DNA of 64,000 nt from Rhina ancylostomus (lineage: Eukaryota): the NCBI GenBank assembly GCA_030265395.1, contig JARFYF010000017.1, positions 15,839,608 through 15,903,607 of the forward strand. Reading direction: 5' to 3'. The notes beneath the pieces are model-generated. The model saw only the letters and a list, made by a program, of their open reading frames with translations, did not search any database and was not told where the DNA came from. The translations under genes were made by a program, and so were the position numbers. Positions 26,180 through 38,849 of the stretch are shown here, one piece after another. The first letter of the stretch is position 1; every line of letters begins with the position of its first letter.

Positions 26180-27215
26180 GGTTCACAGGTTGGAGGCTGT
26201 GACTAGTTGGGTACTGTAGGGATCAATGCTTGGGCCCCAGCTTTTCACAATCTATATCAATAATTTGGCTGAGGGGACCAAATGTCATATTTCCAAGTTT
26301 ATCGATGACACTAAACTTGATGTGATTGTGAGTACAGAGGAGGATTTAAAGAGGTTTCAAGGGGATATAAACAAGCTGAGTAAATGAATGAGAACAATGC
26401 AGGTGGAATATAATGTGGAAAAATGTGAGATCATCTCCTTTGGAATACAAAACAGAAAAACAGCATTTTTAAATGGTGCAAAATTGGATGGTGCTGATTG
26501 TTAAAGGGACTTGGAAGTGCTGGTTCACAGGTCATTGAAGACCAACGTGCAGATGCAGCAAGCAATTAAGAATGCAGATGGTATGTTAGCCTTTGATATG
26601 AGATGGTTTGAATACAGGAGTAAGGAAGTCTGACTTAATCTTATAGGGAATTGGGGAGACTGCAACTGGAGTATTGCTTACAGTTGTGACCTCCTTTCCT
26701 AAGTAATTGTCATAGATGGAGTACAGTGGTTCCAGGCATGGCAGGTTTGCCACTTAGCCAGAGATTGAGTAGACTGGGACTGTATTCTTGATGTCTGAAG
26801 AATGAGGAGGGTTATTTACAAAAGGCTTAAAGACTTTGGCAGGCTGGATGTAGATAGGTTGTTTTCCCTGACTGAGTAGTCTCGGACAAGGGGACAAGAC
26901 TTCAGAATAAGGAGTGGGCTGTTTAGGATTGAGGTGAGGGGAAATTTCTTCAGTCAGAGAGTGCTGAATTTTTGGAATTCTCCAGTACAAGAGAGCTGCA
27001 AGATCTTATTGAAACAGATAAGATTTTGAGGAGGCTTGTAAGTGTGGATGTTGAGCTGACATTTCCCTTGTGGGGAAATCTAAAATGAGGGTGCATAATT
27101 TCAGAATAAAGAGCTCACCCATTTAAGGCAGATATGAGGTGGCATTTCTTCTCTCAGAGGGTTATAAAATTTTGTACTCTCTATTCTGGAGAGCTGCAGA
27201 GGTTGAGTCTGTGAA
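26180..27215 (+). mobile_element. CR1 LINE RT and 3' region (decayed)
   Basis: atttccaagtttatcgatgacactaaactt encodes ISKFIDDTKL. Also LEYC and FFSQRV-like motifs. Confidence 0.8.
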
Positions 27216-27217
27216 TA

Positions 27218-27535
27218 TATCAGAATCAGGTTTATTATCGCTGACATTTTGTGTGTTGTGAAATTTGTTGTTTTAGAACAGCAGTATAGTGCAAGATATA
27301 AAAATTATTATAAGTCATATAAATAAATAAATAATGCTAAAGCGGAATAATGAGGTAGTGTTTGTGGGTTCATGGACCGTTCAGAAATCTGATGGTTGAG
27401 GGGAAGAAACTGTCCCTACAATATTGAGTGTGGGTCTTCAGACTCCTGTACCTCCTCCCCGATGGTAGTAAATCGAAGAAGGTATGTCCCGGATGGTGAG
27501 GGTCCTTAATGATGGACGTTGCCTTCTTGAGGTTA
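27218..27535 (-). mobile_element. Rex1/Babar-type LINE 3' end
   Basis: Minus-strand ORF SIIKDPHHPGHTFFDLLPSGRRYRSL.....RDSFFPSTIRFLN. Tail aataaacctgattctga on the minus strand. Confidence 0.75.
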
Positions 27536-27604
27536 TGGAATGATCTTATTGAATGGTGAAGAAGGTTCAAGCGTTACTCCTGCTTCCATTTTTTATATTC
27601 CTTT

Positions 27605-28255
27605 GTTCGTAGCGCATTGCTGCAGTGTATTTTAAAGCTTTGGTGTGGGAGAAATCAATGCTTTGGGTGGTAGATAGGGTGCTGATTAAGCAGCTTGCTT
27701 CATTCTGAATGGTGTCTAAATTCTTTGGTATCACTGGAGCTGTATGTATCTGGGCAAGCAGAGAGTCTTCCAACACATTCCTGACATGCCTTTGTAGATG
27801 GAGGAAAGGCTCTGGCAAGTCAGAAGGTGAGCCAGTCATTGCAGAAAACCCCAGACTCTGAATTACTCTTGTAGGAAATCTAGTTAAGTGTTTTTTTAAG
27901 ATCAGTTAAGTCTCTGATTGAAGTTGGCACCCAGGATTTTGGGGTGGCAAATTCAATGATGGTAATGCTGTTCAATATAAATTATAGGTGGTTGGACTGC
28001 TGCTTGTGAAAATGGTCACTGTGTGACAATTTCTGTGGCACAAATGTTGTTTGCCTCTGAATGCTGATTTAGTCTTGTTGGATATGGATTTGAATTGCTT
28101 GTCAAGCTGAGGAGCTTCGATTGGTATTGGACATCGTACAATCTTTACCGAACATTGTCACTTCTGACCAAATAATGCAGCAGTCATCGATGAAGCAGCA
28201 GATAATGGTTAAGTCTAGAACACTGCTCTGAGGAACCACTGCAGTGATATACTGC
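27605..28255 (-). mobile_element. Old CR1-clade fragment
   Basis: Antisense VPQ.SVL/CFIDD region at ~28185-28240. LDTIQNEASCLIST on the minus strand. Confidence 0.6.
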
Positions 28256-30337
28256 GGTTCAGGTGATTCATACTATAGTAGAGAATTTGGGAAGTCATAT
28301 AATGGATCTCTTCCACTGAAACAATTAGATCTAGCCATCTGACATCGGGTGAACTAAGACTCCAGTATTTTCTTTTTAGCTGGATACATTAGGTCAACAG
28401 GCGATTCAGAGAGTTTGGAAATCTGCACATGATACATTATTAATTGGGAAAGTTAGAACCATTTTTGAGAACGAGCCCAGGTTAGCTTTAAAACGTGCTT
28501 GTACTTGTGTTATGATTCAGGATAAGCTTACCCACTCCCACCTCAGTGTAATTATTTCTCTGCAACCCTGTATCGATCAACTTCCTGAAATTGTCCTCAT
28601 CAATGCTTCAAAATATTCATCAGCCCTTTTTTGCCTCCAGCACTGTAGATTCCAGCTGTGATAATTTGCACAATAATCTGATCTCCCCATGCCTTCTTGA
28701 CAGGCATGGTGGTAGTGATATGCTAAAAGAATCATCAGTAGGGCCATGTAGGTTGAACTAAAGAACAAAAGTTGGGTATTGTTCCTTGTTGGCTACTGTT
28801 TGTAGGGTATTTTTAAGGGCTTCACATGTATGTAAATTCAAATTAGTCATCTTGTCATATTCAAACGTTCCCTCATTTTACTATTTTGATAAACGTCACC
28901 AAAGAAAAAGTTATTGATATTAATATTTTTAAGAACTTGTGTCACACTCTGGGCATCACATAGCAGACATCTTAATCAGGATATTATACTTCATAGAAAA
29001 TACAACTCAACAATCTTTAAAAAAACAGGAAAGAACCACAGCCATGTCCTGTTGTTTTTGGACCTTGCGATAACCTGGAGAGGAGCCAAGCAGTTGCCAA
29101 TCCAGGGAAATTTCCAACAACAATAATAATTTCTCTCTAATTGAGAGGAGGATCTATTTTGACCATTTCCCCAAAGAGAGTAGATGAACAGCAGCTTTTA
29201 AAGTGATAGGCAGATTAACATTTCAACCATCAGGCTACAGAATAATAATAAACAATGCTGTTAAAGATCGATTAACATTAAACAATTCTTATCAGCCAGA
29301 ATAAAAAAAGGTAAAAGTAAATCAAAATCATTGTGCTTTATAAAGATTCAGCTCCCAGATGTATGGCACTGTAATGACAATGATTAGCTGAGCAACACAA
29401 AAGGAACTTAGCTGATTTCAGCCAGTGCCACAATTGGCCTTCACTTCAGGAAGAAAAAAATTGACAAGGCTATCCAGAAATATCCCCTTTGGAAGATTGT
29501 ACGCAAGCATTCGTGGATGACAAGAGGTTTATGCTCAGCTAGGATTCCCTATTTTGTTTACTGCCTGTGCTCACTCATAGTGAGAATCAGAAAATATGGT
29601 TCTGCAGGACAACCAATGCTTATGGAACCATGTCTTGTTAAATACTCAAAGTCTTTCAGAGAGGACAAAAAGTGCGAAGGAAACTAGCAGAGGAAGCCGG
29701 AAGAAAATGAATAATAAAGAGATGCTCCATCTTGAGACGTCTTCACTGNNNNNNNNNNNNNNNNNNNNNNNNNNNNNNNNNNNNNNNNNNNNNNNNNNNN
29801 NNNNNNNNNNNNNNNNNNNNNNNNNNNNNNNNNNNNNNNNNNNNNNNNNNNNNNNNNNNNNNNNNNNNNNNNNNNNNNNNNNNNNNNNNNNNNNNNNNNN
29901 NNNNNNNNNNNNNNNNNNNNNNNNNNNNNNNNNNNNNNNNNNNNNNNNNNNNNNNNNNNNNNNNNNNNNNNNNNNNNNNNNNNNNNNNNNNNNNNNNNNN
30001 NNNNNNNNNNNNNNNNNNNNNNNNNNNNNNNNNNNNNNNNNNNNNNNNNNNNNNNNNNNNNNNNNNNNNNNNNNNNNNNNNNNNNNNNNNNNNNNNNNNN
30101 NNNNNNNNNNNNNNNNNNNNNNNNNNNNNNNNNNNNNNNNNNNNNNNNNNNNNNNNNNNNNNNNNNNNNNNNNNNNNNNNNNNNNNNNNNNNNNNNNNNN
30201 NNNNNNNNNNNNNNNNNNNNNNNNNNNNNNNNNNNNNNNNNNNNNNNNNNNNNNNNNNNNNNNNNNNNNNNNNNNNNNNNNNNNNNNNNNNNNNNNNNNN
30301 NNNNNNNNNNNNNNNNNNNNNNNNNNNNNNNNNNNNN

Positions 30338-30751
30338 TGAGGATAGGTTGAGTGAGCTAGGGCTTTTCTCTTTGGAGAGAAGGAGGATGAGAGGTGACTT
30401 GATAGAGGTGTACATGATGATAAGAGGCATAGATCAAGTGGACAGTCAGAGACTTTTTCCCAGAGTGAAAATGGCTCACACGAGGGGGCATAATTTTAAG
30501 GTGATTGCAGGAAGGTACAAGGGGGATGTCAGAGGTAAGTTTTTGTACACAGAGAGTGGTGGGTGCGTGAAATGTTGTGGGGCCAGATACATTAGGGACA
30601 TTTAAGAGACTCTTAGATAGACACATGAATTGTAGAGAAACAGAGGGCTATGTGGGTGGGAAGGGTTAGATAGATATTAGAGCAGGACAAAATGTCGGCA
30701 TAACATTGTGGGCCGAAGGGCCTGTACTGTGCTGTAATGTTCTATATTCTA
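30338..30751 (+). mobile_element. Young CR1 3' end (adjacent to N gap)
   Basis: LGLFSLERRRMRGDLIEVY...TRGHNFKV. Tail tgttctatattcta. Confidence 0.92.
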
Positions 30752-31824
30752 ATAACCTCTTGAAACTTCCCTCAATTCCTTTTACATAGGATTACATAGA
30801 ATATAGAAACAGTGTATGTCCAACCAGTCCATTATGGCACTTACATTGCACTCCTGCTTTCCAGCCAAATTCACCAGTGTTACCCTCTGTTCTCTATTTC
30901 CTTCTGTGCCTTTCCACCTTCTCTACAAATGTATCAGTGCCATTCACTTCAACTGCTTTCTGAGGTTGTGAATTCCACATTGTCTTTGGGTAAAGAAGTT
31001 TTTTTCTGAAATCCTTATAGGATTTCCTGGTGGATTATCTTCTATTGATGACTTCCAGTAATGTTCTTCTCCGCAAGTAAAATTCTTTTATCAAAAGATC
31101 GGACTTCAGATGTTTTCAATGCACCAAATGGTTACTAAATCTGAAATCACAAATAAGGAATAAAATGGGTCAGGACATCCTTGCTTTGAGAAATTGTTAT
31201 TGTGATTTGTTCTCCCTTAAGAAGAAGATACACTCCACCCCCCACCCTCAACCCGCTGACCTCATCCCACTTAACCTACCAGTTCTACCAAAATTGCTGG
31301 AGTTTGCTTCACATAGAATAACAAATCTGAAGTCAGGATCAGCACATGCTAATGTTAAACACTGACACCTAGTACTGAACAACTAGATGAAAAATCCTGT
31401 GAACTTCTTTGTGATAACTTAATTACAATAGCTTTGTCTAGCAATACAGCTCCTAGACATAACGCTTTATGTGCTGTCTGGCAGCACCAGTGCATTGTGC
31501 TCTACTTCTGAATGTCATTCCATTGAAGTAATTAAAACTACTTATCAACTATTGTACTAAGCCATCAGGAAACCTGCAGCTGGCACTAAAGTGAAAACTA
31601 ATTTGTGCTTCAACATATTCTAGAACCCCAACTGTATGGAGGTGCAGGTGTATGCAAACATGGACACATATTTGTCTCGTACTTCTTTCCCTGTCTCTAG
31701 TGACTGTTCTTACTTGAAATTCATTTAATCCCAAATAACTCATCACATTCAGATGTAGAGACTTATTCAAATTTTATTTTTTCTTCTTGTATGCAGCACA
31801 CAATACTTTCTTTCCCTTATTCAT

Positions 31825-33150
31825 AAAGGGCAGTAGGTATAAACCAGAAAACGGCAGGCCAGTGAGCCTTAAATCAGTGGCAGGGAAATTATCAGAAAAG
31901 AATCTAAGGGACAGGATTATGTTTACTTAGAAAGGCTGGGATCAATGTGGTTTTGTGCGGGGGAAATCCTGTCTCACAAATTTGATTGAGTTTTTTGAGG
32001 AGGTAACTAAGAAAATTGATGAGGGGAGTGCAGGGCAGCAGATGTGATATACATGGACTTTAGCAAGGCTTTAGACATGGTACACAGGGCCAGAAGGTTA
32101 AAGCACATGGGATCTGAGATGTGCTGGCAAAATGGATCCAAAATTGGCTTGGTGACAGAAGTAGAGGAGAGTGGTCAAGGTGTTTTTTTTCTGACTGTAA
32201 GTCTGTAGCCAGTGATGTGCTGTAGGGATTGGTGTTGGGACATTTATTGTTTGTCATTTACAAATGAGAGTGATTGGGAAGTTTGCAAAGGACATGAAAA
32301 TTGGTGGAGTTGTAGACAGCCAAGGAGATTGTCTAAGGATACAGAGGGACATAGATGAGCTGGAGAGCTGGGTAGAGCAGTGGCAGATGGAATTTAGTGA
32401 AAGGTGCTGTATTTTGGGACGTCTAATACTGGTGGGACATTTACAGGAAATGGCAGGGAACTTGGGAGTGTTGATGTGCAGAGAGTCCCTGGAGTGCAAA
32501 TTGATTGTTCCCTGAAAATGGTGACACAGATGGTTAGGGTAACAAAAATGCATTTGGCATGTTGCCTTCATAGGCTGAGGCATTGAGTAAAAGAGTTGGG
32601 ACATCATGTTGCATCTGTGTGATACATTGGTTGGGCCACATTTGGAATATCACATGTAGCGCTCGTGACCACACTCCAGGAAGGATGTGGTAGCATTAGA
32701 AAGAGTGCAGAAGAAATTCTGGGAATGGAGGGCTTTAGTTACAATGAGAGATTAATAGGCTGGGTTTATTCTCATGGGAAGATAGGAGGCTGAGGGTTGA
32801 CCTTATTGCAGTCTACAAGATTATGAAGGACATAGACAGGGTAGAAAGTCTTTTTCCCATGGTAGTGAAGTCTAAAACTGGAGGACATAGATGTAAAGTG
32901 AGAGGGGAGAAATTTAAAAGAGATTTAAGGGGCAAGTTTTTCACACAGAGGGCGTGAGTGTATAGAATGCTGCCAGATGTGGTGGTAGAGGCAGATACAA
33001 TTACAGTATTTTAAAGGCATTTGGATAGGTAATTGAACAGGAAAGGAGTAGAGGGATACAGACCAAATGTGGGCAAACGGGATTAGCTTAGATAGGCATT
33101 CTGGTTGCCTTGGACGGGTTGTGGTAAATGACCCATTTCTGTGTTGTGCA
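31825..33150 (+). mobile_element. CR1 LINE RT to 3'UTR (decayed)
   Basis: YMDFSKA, KFAKDMKIGGVVD..GDCLRIQRDID, WQMEF and LERVQK motifs. Confidence 0.9.
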
Positions 33151-34868
33151 ATACTAACAGATTTTTGAGCTCTCTTAATTTCTGATCAATACGCTTATGG
33201 CCACTTGCAAGGACTTAGATTCTCAGTCAGAATTAGTTAAATATATTTAATTAGTGCAAAAACAAAACCAGCAGACTCACAAACTCTGGGTAAAAATATT
33301 CCTTTGCACACAAAAGGTAACTTCCACCAGCAGACTATTAACAACGTCAAGCAATTTACATGAAATGATGAAAGAATGACTTGAAATATTTCCAGCTCTA
33401 TGGGGATGTGGAGAGACATCTGTTCAACTTCAAGTTAATGTCTTGAACAACAAGCCATGCAAGATGGGTTTAATTTATCTTTTCTCATTCTTGGAATAAT
33501 TTTATTGTTAGATAATTAACTTTATTAACTGGTTACCTGGCAATAATCAGGGCTAATAATTTAAGAACATTCCTTAGCTCTGAGAAATATAAATTCAGTC
33601 AATGATGATCAATAATCATGGTTTGTCATTGGAAACCCATTGGGTTCATTAGCCTTCTTTGGGGAAAGAATTCTGTCATACTTACCTGTTTGGCTGGACC
33701 CACAGCAATCTGGTTGACACGTCACTGCTCTCTGAAACAACCCAGCAAGTTTAAGAGGCAATTATAGATGAACAATAAATCTTAGTTGTGCTAGCTAGAT
33801 CTGCCAATACAGTCAATCAAAAGAAAAAGGACTATTTACTGGTACAGACTTTCCCCAGGTTGTTCTAAGACAATTAATCATAACACCACACCATCAATCT
33901 CTGTGAATCATTATCAGCCCTGCATTCTCCCAGACATTTGACGTTCCTAGAATCTTATCAGGAATGGCACTAATAGTTTTACCATCTGTTTTTCTTTAGT
34001 GGTACAAGCTGGCTGATGTCAATTTTCCTTCCATTTGCCTCCTCCCCCTCTGACAACATTGAATAGCTCCTCCTTCCTCTGCACATTGCGAAGGCAGGTA
34101 ATCCAGATTGAAAAACTCGTCCATACACTGAGTCTACTTGGCTGGCAGTTGGCAACACAGCACAAACCTGTGACCCTCTGGATGGGAGGTGAAAAATTAA
34201 TTAACCCATTTTTTCCTCAAAAGTTGGTTGAGTTTGAGGTTTTGGTTACTCAACAGCAGTGTCTTACATTACAATTAACCTGCACGTACATCGGTTGCCT
34301 GATAGTTAATTAGAGAGAGAGAGAGAGAAGGCAGATGAAATGTGTATTAAGGATATATACATAAGGGAACAATAAAGTGAAGAACAATTATTTTTACTCT
34401 TAAAAAAGCAGATGATTATTTTCTCAGCCAAGCACAGTATTCTTCAACTTGCCAGGTGGACCTATCCCTAGGCCTTGCTTGAGTCACCTACCATGATATA
34501 TGTATGAAAGCAATATCAAAAAATACCTGGCTTTAAATCTCTGGAAATTAGTGCAATTTCATCTTCTTGGCTACAGCTGAGGTTCTGATGGATGAGAGTC
34601 ATAAGTAATTCATGTTCTGAGCTCTGCAATTTGGGGAAATATGGGAGGATGTGCAAGATCTTTNNNNNNNNNNCTTTTTTTCTGAGGACATACCAGATCC
34701 TTTATGAGTGTCCAGAGGAATGAATACATGAGGTTGTATTCCCGGTAGATATTCATTCATTGACTTCCAATGCATTCTGTAACCTTTCAAACACACAATG
34801 CTGCCACCATGTGGATAAAATTTGTAAACACTAAAATAACAAGAAAGGCAGGCACAACATAATAATCA

Positions 34869-35395
34869 CAGTAAAACTCTGTTCATCCAGTGCGTTTGGT
34901 ACTTTGGTTGTGCCGGACAAGCAGATTTTTCTGNNNNNNNNNNNNNNNNNNNNNNNNNNNNNNNNNNNNNNNNNNNNNNNNNNNNNNNNNNNNNNNNNNN
35001 NNNNNNNNNNNNNNNNNNNNNNNNNNNNNNNNNAAGCAGATTTTTCTGACAATTATATGTAACTCCTACTAATACCCAAGCATACTTTTATGTCACTTTT
35101 TTTCACAGTAGTATAATAGATTTTCCGATGAACCCGGCGAGTTTAAATGAAGCGGGAAATGTATCAGCACTCTAGACTTTGGCCCTGGTTGCAAACCAAC
35201 CCATGTTCCTGACCCTTTGGACTCCAGCCTCAGCTCCAGCCACACACCCAGGCCAACACTCCGGATCCTGGTCCTGGCATACATCTCACTTGCACTCGGG
35301 ATCACCAGTTCACGTTCTCAACTAATAAGTGAGCTGGGCGCCGGACCATCAGAAATTCCAACCAATCAGACGCTGGATAATCAGACTTTTAATAG
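34869..35395. mobile_element. Possible Tigger/pogo-like non-autonomous DNA transposon
   Basis: Left end cagtaaaactctgttcatccag and right end (reverse complement) ctattaaaagtctgattatccag form imperfect TIRs. No clean TA TSD. Confidence 0.4.
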
Positions 35396-36419
35396 ATCAT
35401 TTTGAAATACAGGATAATTATGAACAACATTAATTTAATAAAGTCATCCAATTTGGTCCTCCCAAAGGGGAAAATTTAAACTGCAGTCTTTCATTCCGGT
35501 AGATGGTAAGATGTTCCCGGAGATCAATAGAATTAAAATTATACAGATTTTTTAAAAATTCCTTTTGTTTTCCTTCAATTCTTTTTTCCCCTCTTGTTGA
35601 TTCACTTTCTGCATCTGATTGACTCTAATTCTCCTTAGTTCCTCTATTTCTTTTCCCCTCTTTACAGCTTGTTAGTTAGGCAGAAACTGTTGGTCCTGAT
35701 GTTTACCAAAGCCCCAGCTACCCTATTACCATAGGAACCCATGGGCAAAAGGCCTGGAGGAATTTTACTAATGGTATTATAAATGTAAATGCAAGCTGCT
35801 GTTGTTGCTGAAGTATTAGTTAGCTTGTCTCGCCTTGATTATCACTCTATGCTAAATTTATGTTTGTGATGTCAGCTGAGAGTAAGCTCAGCCTTGGCTG
35901 TCTTATCTTCTTTGCCTCTCAGCTGCAGTCTAGACTTCCACAATGAATAATGAATGGTCACTTGGGTAAGATGATGCATTTTGCTACTGGAGTTCTATCC
36001 TGAAAGCAAAGTGACTTCTAGAGTGTTAGGAATGTTGTCAGGAAGAAAAATAATAAATACAAACATCATACATTGGACAATTAACAATGAGTCACTATAA
36101 ATATCAAGACAATTTTTGGCTGTTTGTATTATATTGATTATATATCCCAAAGAATGTTCTGTTGTATAACTCTGCTTTCCACTGAAATTCAAAGGTATTT
36201 CCTTTGATGATAACATTTCACCCTTCTTTACTTCATCATCTCCCTACCTTCCTGTTTCCAGTCCCACCAGAGTCGTTTTAGCTGGAGTGTATCTTAAACT
36301 TGAGTGTATCAGAGTGGAGAATTCTGTACAGAGAGGAAAACAGACATAACCTGCCTCCAATACTTGCAGTGGTCTATGCAAATCTGAGGCAGTATTCTAT
36401 ACAATATTTTGCCCAGTGC

Positions 36420-37340
36420 TTTAAGACTTAATACAAATTGGGTTTTTTGTTAACCACTGAACAAATAAGTTAGTAAAATGTTGGTGTATGGAAGGATCAG
36501 ATTGTGCTGCTTTGCAAAATGCATTAAGTAAACTTAAGAGTAACAACGAGCAATTCAGAAGGTAAATGGCATGTTGATCTTTAATGGAAGTGGGTTGGTG
36601 TAAAACATTGAAGAAATCTTGCTGTAGTTGAGGTACTTGTGTAGGGGTACTTGTGCTTTTTCTCCCTGTGGAAAAAAAATATTTACCTTGGATCAATGCA
36701 GCAGAGTTACACTAGTATCTAGAACAATGGGGCAGAAACTAAGGAAGAGGACAGCCAGTTAGTACTGAGACAACCCAGAAGGTTGTAAATCTTTGTTTTC
36801 ATTTATCCAGAAGGATGCAGATGCTCAATCAAGATGGTAATTGATCAATTTTTTTTTGATGCTAAGCTGTTTGGGCATTATTATTTTGAAAGTATATAAA
36901 GGCTTTGGAGGGAGTGAATGGGAAGACTTAGCAGAATGGTACTCTTACTTCAATTTCTAGGAGAGATTATACAAAACTAGAGGTTTATTCCCAACAATTT
37001 ACAAGGTTTAATTGAAGTTTTCAAGATATTAATGACAGTATTGAGAAGAACTATTCTCATAGTTTCAAGAATCCAGGACTATGGAGCAGTAAGTAAAAAT
37101 TACAACCAGACTTTCCAGGTGAACTTCCTGGATACACCCATGGTAGAAATTTGAAGCTCTCTCAGTAAATGACAAATCAGTGCAAGGTCAATTATTAATT
37201 CAACATCTGCAACTGAAACATTTTTATAACCAGAGGTGTTAAGAGATACTCAGGTTGGACTGGAGAGCTGTCACAGATCAGTCATGATCTCACTGAGTGG
37301 CAGAACTGTCTCAAGTAGCTTGTTGCTATCCATATGTTCT
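36420..37340 (+). mobile_element. Highly degenerate CR1 3' fragments
   Basis: Residual CR1 3' motifs such as tccaggactatggag and agatcagtcatgatctcactgagtggcagaac. Confidence 0.45.
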
Positions 37341-38048
37341 CATACTCCCATCAATCTATGCAAGTCAACTGAGAGCACAAAGAGTCCCCCCTAAGATCTT
37401 TGTCACTGTCACTCTGCATTTCAAGTTAGCCACAACTGGATGTCCCTTGCTGTCTTTGTTTAATAATTTAAACCAGGACCATGAATTTAGTTTATGAATA
37501 TTTGATGTAAAACTGCATCTGAAATAAACTGCATCTCAATTTTAACTTGACAGTAAAAGGAAGTTAGCTGATATGTTCATGGCTATAGATTTATAGGTTT
37601 TCCATATTAATGTATTCAATGCAATGTCATCAGCAAAGTGTGCTAACTCAGCATTTTCCATTAAACACTGGGGTTTGCTGACATGAAGTAAAATGTAGCC
37701 ACTGCAGTCTCCTTTGTAACACAAAGCCAAACATTTGAGGCATTGATGTAAGTCTTTCACCAGCTACAGTTCACATGTAAATATTTCTTAATGAGCAGTA
37801 AAGTAAATTTGCTGGAACTATTGAAAATTAATATATTGCTAGGCCACATTCTGAATTTAAATTATTGATTTCATTCATTGAAATTCAGCTGATAGGAGTA
37901 TCTCAAAGATCACCCTCGCCACCTTAGTGACTTAACTGTTAAACCTGTAACAAGATCCAAAATACGGTTTGTAAGAAGAAGCTATAAATCAAGGTAAAGA
38001 TAATAATATAAGCTTCAGATGAGTAAATACTACAGATCAAAGAATCAC

Positions 38049-38107
38049 TGTCTGAACAGTCAGTTGTCTGAACAGACAGTTGCCAAACCAGTCAGTTGTC
38101 AAACTAG
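38049..38107. repeat. 16-bp tandem repeat, ~3.7 copies
   Basis: tgtctgaacagtcagt / tgtctgaacagacagt / tgccaaaccagtcagt / tgtcaaactag. Confidence 0.7.
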
Positions 38108-38849
38108 CTTCATGCAGAAAATGTTTTGCAAGGTGAATTCAAGTACAGGATTCTGTCAAATAGTTAGTGTCCAAACTTAGCAGGACTTCAGGAAAAGGCA
38201 ACACACAACAAACTGAACACTAAAATCGTCAGCAAACTAAGTGTCCAGAGGCCGATCTCCTGCTGCATTGCTCCTGGCTTTTGTGTCGGTGGACACCCCC
38301 ATCATAACAACATCCTCATCTACTGACATTTTTTAGCACAAGGGGACTGCTGAGTAAGATCCCACCCTTTCCCAAGGTCTTGGGCTCAGTTTGGAACTCT
38401 GGGTAGTAGAGGGGAGGGAATTATGTGATCAATATGTGCCTCAATTTAATGTCTTGTTTATAGAAAGAGCAGACTTTCAAGAGTGGATAACTCCCTCAGT
38501 ATTGCACAGAAGAGTCAGCCAAGATCTGGGGCTGGATTGCCCTTGGCTCAGTCTGCTACCCAGATTTGCTGCCAGTGGTCCCTGCTTGTACTTACATTTT
38601 CTCTATGTGGAGACTGGATAAGCTGTCTCTCTGTAACATGAGAGCAATGTTTGTTGGGGGTGAGGGGCCGGGGTGGAGGATCACATGGTATCCTGAGGTC
38701 CTGGTGGCTTTGAATGAGTTTAAAATGACACTCAAATATTAAGAAAGTAAAAGATACTAAGTTCCTAACAAGCAATTATAATTTGTCAAAGCTATTTTAA
38801 GCAAATTAAGGACTAACCATTTCTTGAAGGGTCAGCAACCCCACTCAAA

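Noticed and set aside
29596-30430. Long ORFs (200-250 aa) in the ORF track, likewise at 43359-43896 and 45405-46118
   Set aside because: They consist almost entirely of X residues from N gaps and are artefacts.
37542-37760. Minus-strand ORF containing HFADDIAL, resembling an RT catalytic motif
   Set aside because: No other RT motifs (e.g. PQGS) are recognisable at the expected spacing. It is too weak to call as a LINE or an exon.
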